Under the pieces are notes generated by a model. It did not search any database. It was not told the DNA's origin and worked only from the letters and a program-made list of their open reading frames with translations. A stretch of DNA of 45,228 nucleotides from Octopus bimaculoides. Taxonomy: Eukaryota. The position numbers and the translations under genes were made by a program. Below are positions 37,453 through 45,228 of the stretch, in pieces; position 1 is the stretch's first letter; each line of letters opens with the position of its first letter. The stretch covers positions 69,629,456-69,674,683 of the forward strand of contig NC_068983.1 of NCBI RefSeq assembly GCF_001194135.2. Direction: 5' to 3'.

Positions 37453-37587
37453 AAAAAAAACTTGAAATGAAGACTAAAAATAAAAACTAAGAACTCAGAG
37501 CGTAAAATATAACTAAATGCCTTGGCCACTTACCTGCGGTTGTACCAATCCTAAGTCCGTTACCTTAACTTTATGGCAAGGAAGTAT

Positions 37588-37987
37588 TTGTTGTTGTTGT
37601 TGTTCTTGCTGGCACACCGTCACTTACGACGTCGAGGGTTCTAGTTGATCCGATCAACGGAACAGCCTGCTCGTGAAATTAACGTGCAAGTGGCTGAGCA
37701 CTCCACAGACACGTGCACCCTTAACGTAGTTCTCGGAGATATTCAGCGTGACAGTGTGACAAGGCTGACCCTTTGAATTACAGGCACAATAGAAACAGGA
37801 AGTAAGAGTGAGAGAAAGTTGTGGTGGAAGAGTACAGCAGGGTTCGCCATCATCCCCTGCCGGAGTCTCGTGGAGCTTTAGGTGTTTTCGCTCAATAAAC
37901 ATTCACAACGCCCGATCTTGGAATCGAAACCGTGATCCTATGACCGCGAGTCCATTGCCCTCACCACTGGGCCATTGCGCCTCCACA
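37588..37987 (-). mobile_element. SINE family C, full length, 12-bp TSD
   Basis: tRNA-like head at 37984 and (CAA)n tail; TSD gcaaggaagtat at 37576-37587 and 37988-37999. Confidence 0.93.
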
Positions 37988-38189
37988 GCAAGGAAGTATA
38001 TATAAGAAGAAACCTTGAAAACTACTGCGTCGTCGTTAAAGCTGTTAGAAATAGTAGTCAAATCATCACCAAATTACTCGCTATCTGATTTTTTTCAAAT
38101 GAGTAATCACTGTATCAACAGACGATCGGATGTCGTTATACAACCGCTGGTCATAATGAGTCTTCTTGCATTGTGTCAGTTTTTGAATG

Positions 38190-38396
38190 ATGCCACCCTG
38201 CTGGTGAAGCGAGGGAACTAATGTCATCCCATCTAAACGAGACGCCAGTCCGTCACAGGGTTATCCATTTACAGTTGAGTGGACTGGAGCAATGTGAAAT
38301 GAAGGGTTTTTCTCATAAACACGATGCACCGCCGATCTGGGAATGGAAACCACGATCTTGCGAGTAATACTTTACCCAATAGACCACGCACCTTCA
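38190..38396 (-). mobile_element. Nin-domain-like tRNA SINE ('D'), decayed
   Basis: 'gacgccagtccgtcacagggttatccatttacagttgagtggactggagcaatgtgaaatgaagggt' parallels the central domain of cnidarian/lophotrochozoan Nin-type SINEs as I recall it; B-box remnant 'gggaatggaaacc'. Confidence 0.55.
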
Positions 38397-38466
38397 CTAA
38401 AATTTTTGAAACGGACAACATTGGGAAAGTATGACTTAAAACAGCTAATATACTATTCTATAATAC

Positions 38467-38677
38467 TGGTTTCAAATTTTGGCACAAGGCCAGCAATTTA
38501 GAGGGAGGGGTAAAGTTGATTAAATGGACCCCTGTGCTCAACTAATATTTTATCGACCCCGAATGGATGAAAGGCTTAGTCAACTTCGACGGAATTTGAA
38601 TTCAGAACGCAAAGACGGACGAAATGCTGCTAAGCATTTTCCCCGGGTTCCTAATGATTCTACCATCTCGCCGCCTT
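38467..38677 (-). mobile_element. SINE family A, full length
   Basis: Standard motifs. Confidence 0.88.
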
Positions 38678-39477
38678 CATAATGAACAGAAATATTAAAT
38701 TAATCCTTTCATTACTCTACTTCTAATTAATAGAAACCTCTATGTATCTCCATTAAATTCTAAAATAATCGTCAATTTAGACTAATGGCGAAAAAAAAAA
38801 AAAAAAGAAAACAGAAAAAAAAATGTAACTTTATATTTCTGAATATATTTAAGTGGCGTTTTGAACACGACCTAACAAAATGATTTTTCATTAATCTGTT
38901 ATAGAATCTGTATAATTTGTCCTAAAATTACTCTTATTACAGACATGTACTTATACAAATTTGAATTACTTTACCTCTTAGTCAGAGAGAGAATGGTAGC
39001 ACTCATGGACCTATTTCATCAGAACTTTAAGACTTGTGGGAAGAAGGGATGTAGTTTTCCTTTAATCAGAAACATAGTCCAAATCTTTGCAACAGAATGA
39101 ACTCTGCTAAAAGCAATAAACGCTATATAGATGTTAATTCCGATTTTGTTTAAATATCATCATATAAATGTGTTATTAGTCAATTATATTGCTTACTTAA
39201 TGTCTATTATTATATTTACAAGGCAAACAGCGTTTATCCTAGTTGTCTTAATGGGACTAAGTATGGTGTGATGTAGTAATTGAAAAGCAGCAGTTGCTGG
39301 AAAAGTAAACAGGCTGGAAGGTATGTATTGATGGTCATTGGAAAGGTCAAAAGTAAAGACCAATTCCATTTTAGTAGAAAACATTAAGTAAAAAAAAAAG
39401 AAGGAAGGAAGAAGACCGATGTTTATGTTGAATTAAAACAGTGTTTGATCAATACGCTTTTGATGAATGAGAACAAA

Positions 39478-39850
39478 GAGGAGGAGGAGGAGGAGGAGGA
39501 GGAGGAGGAGGATGTTGATGGTGGTGGGTGATGGGTAATTGGTGGGGTTAGTAGTTTTGGTGGTCGTAGTGATGGTAGTAGCAGTGGTGGTAGTGGCGGT
39601 GATGATGGTGGTGGTCATCTTAATGGGCTTCGGTTGGCGATGGTCATAAGGTTCACGGCTATGATGATAAGACAATGATAATGATGATGAGATTGATGAT
39701 GATGATGATCATGATCATGATGATGACGACGACGACGACGACGATGACAGTGATGACGGTACATTTGTGGATGATGTTGTTGATGATTATGGTGGTAGTA
39801 ATGATAATGCTGCTAATGATGATGAGATGAAAATGATGATGATGATGATC
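39478..39850. repeat. Compound (GAG)n/(GGT)n/(GAT)n/(GAC)n trinucleotide field
   Basis: Directly visible. Confidence 0.9.
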
Positions 39851-40897
39851 AATATTCCAGCTTGTTAATAAAAAATCAATAATGGTATTCTAACTTTGGT
39901 ACAAATCCATACATTTAGATTTGGGTTAGGAGTTGAGTTCATATTTAATTGACCCCTGTACTTGACTGATATTATTTCCTACACCGAAAGGTTTTTAACT
40001 CACAATGCAAAAGAAGGTAGCTAAATACGTCAATACACTTTACTCCACATGGTGGCAAACACATCCTATTACGCATTTGGACAGGTCTTCCACCACATCT
40101 TCTTTCGAAGGTCTTGTGTCTTATTTCTTTTAAGATAATCAAGATGTCATCTTCGTTTCTCTCATTTTCCTGAATGAATTCGTCAAGCATGGAGGTACTA
40201 GCTGTTGTAACATACCTGTCCCACGTCTTTCCTTTCCTTGAGCTAGTTGATATCGAGGAATTCCTTTTGAGCTACAACACTTGCAAAGAATGAATTACAA
40301 CTGTTTCTGTTGACGTTGATGTTGTTGTAGTTGTTACTGTTGTTGCCATTGCTGCAGTTGTTGTTGACGGTGGTTTTACGCTTGTTTGGGTCTTTTAAGG
40401 TTGTGGTTTTTGCTTGAGAAATTGAAATTGCCTGTGTTTATAACTGTGTTTGTTTAATTGTAATTATTTGTTTAGCGGAATGTATTCATTGGAAACAACA
40501 CCTCCCGCTGCCTCGGAGGTGACGATATTAAAATGCCGATAAACAAAGCAAAATGGATGCTTGCTAAAATGTGTTTGTACTATGAATATCTGGGGACGAA
40601 CCTTCTTTCACTACCCCAGGATAATGGAGTGAGTGCTAAAATATTCCGAATCCATTTATTGATAAGAGCACACATAAACGCACTTGCAAAAGCATCACAC
40701 ACATACACGCGCGCGAACACAAACATCTCAACCTCTCACTCATACCGTTTAAAAGGTTTATCGATCAATTATTTGAGGAAGACAATATCTTGTAAATGGA
40801 ACTATGTAAAACGCGACCCTTCACAGGAAACACACCCATGACTATTAAGAACAACCAGAACAACACTTATTTTATTAAGAATAGATAGAAACAATGT

Positions 40898-40928
<31 letters not shown>

Positions 40929-41370
40929 TATATATACGTGTGTGTGTGCGTGCAAGCGCGTGTATACATACATATATATATACACGCATACACGCTAATA
41001 GACGTGATGGTCACACCTGGAACTCTTTTGATTATAAGCCAGTTGAATCACTGTTGATCTATGAATTGAACACCTTCACTTAGATTCTGGGGAAACTTAG
41101 ATTGTGTATTTCTAGATACACATTGCTTGACTATTAAGAAGCGGGACGGTCGTGGTTAGGTAGTTTTTGACAAAGATTTGCTTTATTGTGGACAACTCAG
41201 AGTTAAACCACAAAAGCAACGTACAGCTCATCTTGCTTGCTTTGGATTTTTAGCTCCTGATGAAGTCACAGGGACGCCGTCGTGACATACAACACGTTGC
41301 GGGAGTCGTAAATTAGCAGACGATTTCTTTCTCGGAGACTGAAAGATNNNNNNNNNNTCTTCCGATCTGA

Positions 41371-41522
41371 GTTCAGTACTGGTATTTTAATTTATCGAAC
41401 CTGAAAAGATGAAAGCTAAAGTTGACCTGGGCGAGCTTTGAACTTAGAACACAGAGACGCCCGAACAAATACTGCAAAGCATTCAAACTAGCGTTCTAAC
41501 ATCTCTGCTAATTTGCCGCCTT
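41371..41522 (-). mobile_element. SINE family A, tail lost in gap
   Basis: Body and diverged head 'ctgctaatttgccgcctt'. Confidence 0.75.
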
Positions 41523-42101
41523 TAATAATGCATCTTACATGGGCATTGCAATCGGTGCAAAACACTGAAGAAATTTAATCAGGGTTATACGGTGTAAATA
41601 TCACATGAACACTTTTTATCGACTGGTTTAAATGCGTTTTAATTTAAGTAAAACAACATAAAATCTAATTGGTTTTTATCTTATAATCAAGCTAAAACAT
41701 TATATTGATTCTTGACCTGATGCTTTCCAATATCTAACATAGTTTGGGTTCTGTCTTTGTCTGCGACATGAATTTTTAGATTTGCCGTTTGATCAGTTAC
41801 TATAAGCATTAATTACTACTTTACACTGAGTGCAACTTTTCTGTTTCAATTAAACGGTGTGTGTGTTCCATTTACCATACATTAATCCTCTTGTCATACA
41901 ATAGAAGGTATGCATCATGTACATATATTCATACGAACATACACACATATATACACATATACACTCATGCATACATCATATGCTACAAATGATCACGAAA
42001 TCTGGGCCTATAAAAGTCTGCAAGACCTTTTTAAGATTTAAAAGATGATGGTTAAAACAAAATACTTTCTTTCACAACCTTGCTACCAAGTAGGTGGCCT
42101 A

Positions 42102-42476
42102 TCAAAATTTTTGGCACAAGGTCAGTAATTTTGGGAGAAAGCTAAGTCGATTACATCGACCCCAATGCTCAACTGGTATTATTTCATCGACCCCGAAAGA
42201 ATGAAAGGCAAAGTCGACCTCGGCGGAATTTAAACTCAGAACATGAAGACGAACGAAATACCAATTTCTTTATTGCCCACAGAGGGCCAAACCATAATTG
42301 CCCACGGGTATAGGGCGTAGTGTTTAAGAGTGCGGACTACTAACTGGAATCGAACTCAGAATCTTGGGGGAGTAGCCCGCGCTCTTACCCACTACGCCAT
42401 ATGCCCGTAGGCAGACGAACGAAATACCGCTAAGCATTTCGCCCGGCGTGCTAACTATTCTGCCTGCTCGCCGCTT
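42102..42476 (-). mobile_element. SINE family A host copy split by a 150-bp insertion
   Basis: Removing 42263-42412 and one TSD copy restores a contiguous family A sequence. Confidence 0.9.
42263..42412 (-). mobile_element. Composite self-complementary tRNA SINE with tail 'c' and 16-bp TSD
   Basis: TSD agacgaacgaaatacc at 42247-42262 and 42413-42428; A-box TGGCGTAGTGG, B-box GAGTTCGATTCC; 42-nt inverted arms at 42300-42341 and 42371-42412. Confidence 0.88.
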
Positions 42477-42546
42477 TCAATTTTCTCTAAAATTAAAAAG
42501 AAAAGGAGAATATGGATCCATCCATCCATCCATCCATCCATCCATC

Positions 42547-42606
<60 letters not shown>

Positions 42607-42950
42607 TACATACATACATACATATATACGTATATACGTATGCATGGGAATGTTTCCAGAACAGTTGAGGATGATACTAATACTATTATGATATTTTGGA
42701 GTGGTGACCGCTACATCATATCACACTTCGAAAGTTATGCTATACAAAATACCTGATAAATAAAAGAGATGAAGTCCTTGAAGCCTCAAAATGCAACCAA
42801 AAAATGTTGATTATGTTACATTTCTGTGGAAAATACACACACAAACAGTGGCTGCCCAAAATGTCATCAAAGTACTACCTTTTGCGTATGAGTGTGTGTA
42901 TGTGTGTGTGTGTGCGTTTGCGATTTTGTGTGTGTGTGTATGTGTGTGTA

Positions 42951-42996
<46 letters not shown>

Positions 42997-43485
42997 TGTG
43001 ATTTATGGCTTCAAACATAAACCCTACATCAAATACAGATAGTTTGTGAAACACATAATATAATAATCAATTCTTCATAATCTTCATATTATGTTCTCAC
43101 TTCATTTGGCTAAAAGTTGATACTTCTATACTTTTTGTAATTCATTTTATATTGTCTTTTTTTTGTGTGACATGTATACAGAGATATGCAAGCACGCGCG
43201 AACGCACACCTCCGCGCATGTACAGAGTTTTATTACAAAGTTAAGCATATTTAGTTAAAATTATTACGCAAATACAATAGAATGAAAACAATGGAAGTTG
43301 AGAAATTAATATAATCTGATGTAAGAGCGTTGTAGTTTGCTAGAAGCATTGTGATACAGAACAAATATTGAAGAAGGCGAAGTTCCTACGATACGAAAAG
43401 AAAGTTTGATAATCTTTATATATTTCAGTCACAGAGGTCCATCATCACAAATAAATGGCATAAAGAAATGTAATTTTATGTAGAG

Positions 43486-43792
43486 TTGTGTTTCCCAAAC
43501 TTTTTCGGACTGCCGCCCCTTTGGCACCCAGGCCACATTCCTAGAACCCCCCCCCCCNNNNNNNNNNNNNNNNNNNNNNNNNNCCACTACTCACCATTAC
43601 AAACATAAACCACTTTCTGCAGCAAATTCAAAGCAATTGTATCTAACAAATAAAACTTAACTTAATTAGCCCATCCTTTTGTTGTTTTTACCTTCATCGC
43701 TCCCCCTTTGGCCACCCTTTCATTGCTCCACTTTCCGCTAGATCTTTCCACCGCTCTCAGAGCGGTAGTACCACCCACTTCGGGAACCACTG
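43486..43792. mobile_element. hAT (Charlie-type) MITE
   Basis: Right TIR 'cgggaaccactg' (CAGTGGTTCCC type) and degenerate left TIR 'ttgtgtttcccaaac'; 8-bp TSD atgtagag/atttagag (7/8); subterminal palindrome accgctct-c-agagcggt. Confidence 0.75.
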
Positions 43793-44841
43793 ATTTAGAG
43801 ATTGCCATGTTGATTACAGTCATAATAGAATCTACGTAAACTTTCATTTATGTGAGCCGTTCACTTGTGATGATGGGCCTTTGTGCTTGAAATATACAAA
43901 GGTTAGATACTTAGATCTTAGATACGTATATGTAATAGTATAATGCTAAAGAGAGCAGGGTCAACACTGTAAGATGCTCTCCGGTTCAACATTTGTTATG
44001 TCATAATTTGATATAATTTCGATATGGTAAGAAATACTGGGTTCCTAAAATCCAGACATGCACTTATGCTATGAGAATGAAAAGAACTGATTGGATTTTT
44101 AATAATAATTTTCAAATGAAAGCATGATTTTATCTAAATTTTTGATCATTCGCATTCGTGAAATCCTATTATCATTTAATTTAGCTTTAAGATTAATAAA
44201 ATCAATACAACATCCCAAATTAAAATTATCATGGTGGGGTTAATGCTCACTATTCTTTCCTTAGTCGATGCAGTTATAAAAAAAAAAATTAAATAAAAAT
44301 ATATATCGTGAAAACAGAATTGTCTTCATTAGTTGTGAAATTCCACTATTCCAGTCACATGCTATTTTGAAGTTCTTATGTATGTATGTATGTATGTATG
44401 TATGTATGTATGTATGTATGTATGTATGTATGTGTGTATGTATGTATGTATGTTATCAATCAGTTTCATTTCTGTATTTCTTGTCAATAGAGAAAGAGCC
44501 GGACTCTAATATAGATTCACGGTTCCTTCATTAGAACTTTTATCAACATCATCTAAGTATTTGTGCATATGTGTGTGTGTGTGCAGTATTTGGTGTTAGT
44601 GTATGCGCAGATTTGTATGTTTGTTTTATGGATGTGTTTTTATGTATATATTTTCATGTCTAGATGCATGCATATGTATTTATGTGCTAAATTTTTGGAA
44701 AGTTTTACATATCTTTACAGTTCCATCGATAGCTTGAATCTGTAGTCTTCTAATCAGCCTTTGTATGTATGTATGTATGTGTAAGTATGTATACACACAC
44801 ACATACACACATACACACATGTATGAATGTATACGTAAAGC

Positions 44842-45148
44842 ATACCTCAACTTACGTCAGTAGCTGGTTCCAAGACATGCCATTTAACTAGAAGTACGAT
44901 GTAATATGAAAAATCATTAAATAAATCTAGTAGCTCTGTTTTAATAAATGGTTTTACATATCTTCACATATATTTTATTTGATTTTCCACTTCAATACTG
45001 GTTTTTAGATGCTTTTATGTTTTAAATATTGCTGTGACCGACATAAAGTCGGATAAATTGAAGGAAATTGAGATTTATATTTCTATTAAATTCTTAAAAA
45101 AAAAAATGTAAACTCGAAAAAAACTCGAAACGACGTAAGTTGAGGTAT
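44842..45148. mobile_element. pogo/Tigger-like MITE
   Basis: Perfect 17-bp inverted repeat atacctcaacttacgtc (44842-44858) / gacgtaagttgaggtat (45132-45148), resembling 'CCTCGACTTACG' Tigger-type TIRs; outer CAG/TA ends not visible. Confidence 0.65.
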
Positions 45149-45149
45149 C

Positions 45150-45195
45150 TTTCTCTCTCTCTCTCTTTATCTCTCTCTCTCTCTCTCTCTCTCTT

Positions 45196-45228
<33 letters not shown>
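45150..45228. repeat. (TC)n microsatellite
   Basis: Directly visible. Confidence 0.95.

Noticed and set aside
40499-40521. GC-rich 7-bp hairpin cacctcc/ggaggtg
   Set aside because: No downstream CTRR for a Helitron end; short enough to occur by chance, and bacterial terminators are irrelevant here.

Overview
AT-rich, microsatellite-saturated eukaryotic non-coding DNA from a gappy short-read scaffold (10 N-runs, most next to simple repeats). The SINE families and repeat load suggest a coleoid cephalopod, most likely Octopus; this is inference from recalled repeat families, not a database match. No protein-coding gene can be named, and nearly all ORFs in the six-frame track are artefacts of microsatellites or N-runs. 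Real coding-derived sequence is limited to decayed retrotransposon remnants (RTE-clade RT, C-terminal region and probable endonuclease; R4/Dong-clade RLE domain and 3' ends) and one possible mariner transposase remnant. The window holds about 25 copies or fragments of one tRNA-derived SINE ('family A'), four CORE-like SINEs ('B'), three copies of a third tRNA SINE ('C', two with clear TSDs), a Nin-like SINE, an unclassified ~200-bp repeat ('E') and several MITEs. One candidate minus-strand exon (17668-17740) suggests the window may be intronic. Best leads: (1) a TA-flanked 317-bp foldback element with a 73-nt tRNA-like cloverleaf at the tip of nested inverted repeats (30583-30899); (2) a 150-bp self-complementary composite SINE inserted with a 16-bp TSD into another SINE head (42263-42412); (3) both elements carrying the '...GGCAATAAAGAAAT' tail sit in the head of family A, hinting at SINE-targeted retrotransposition. 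All alignments were done by eye, and coordinates of decayed copies are approximate.
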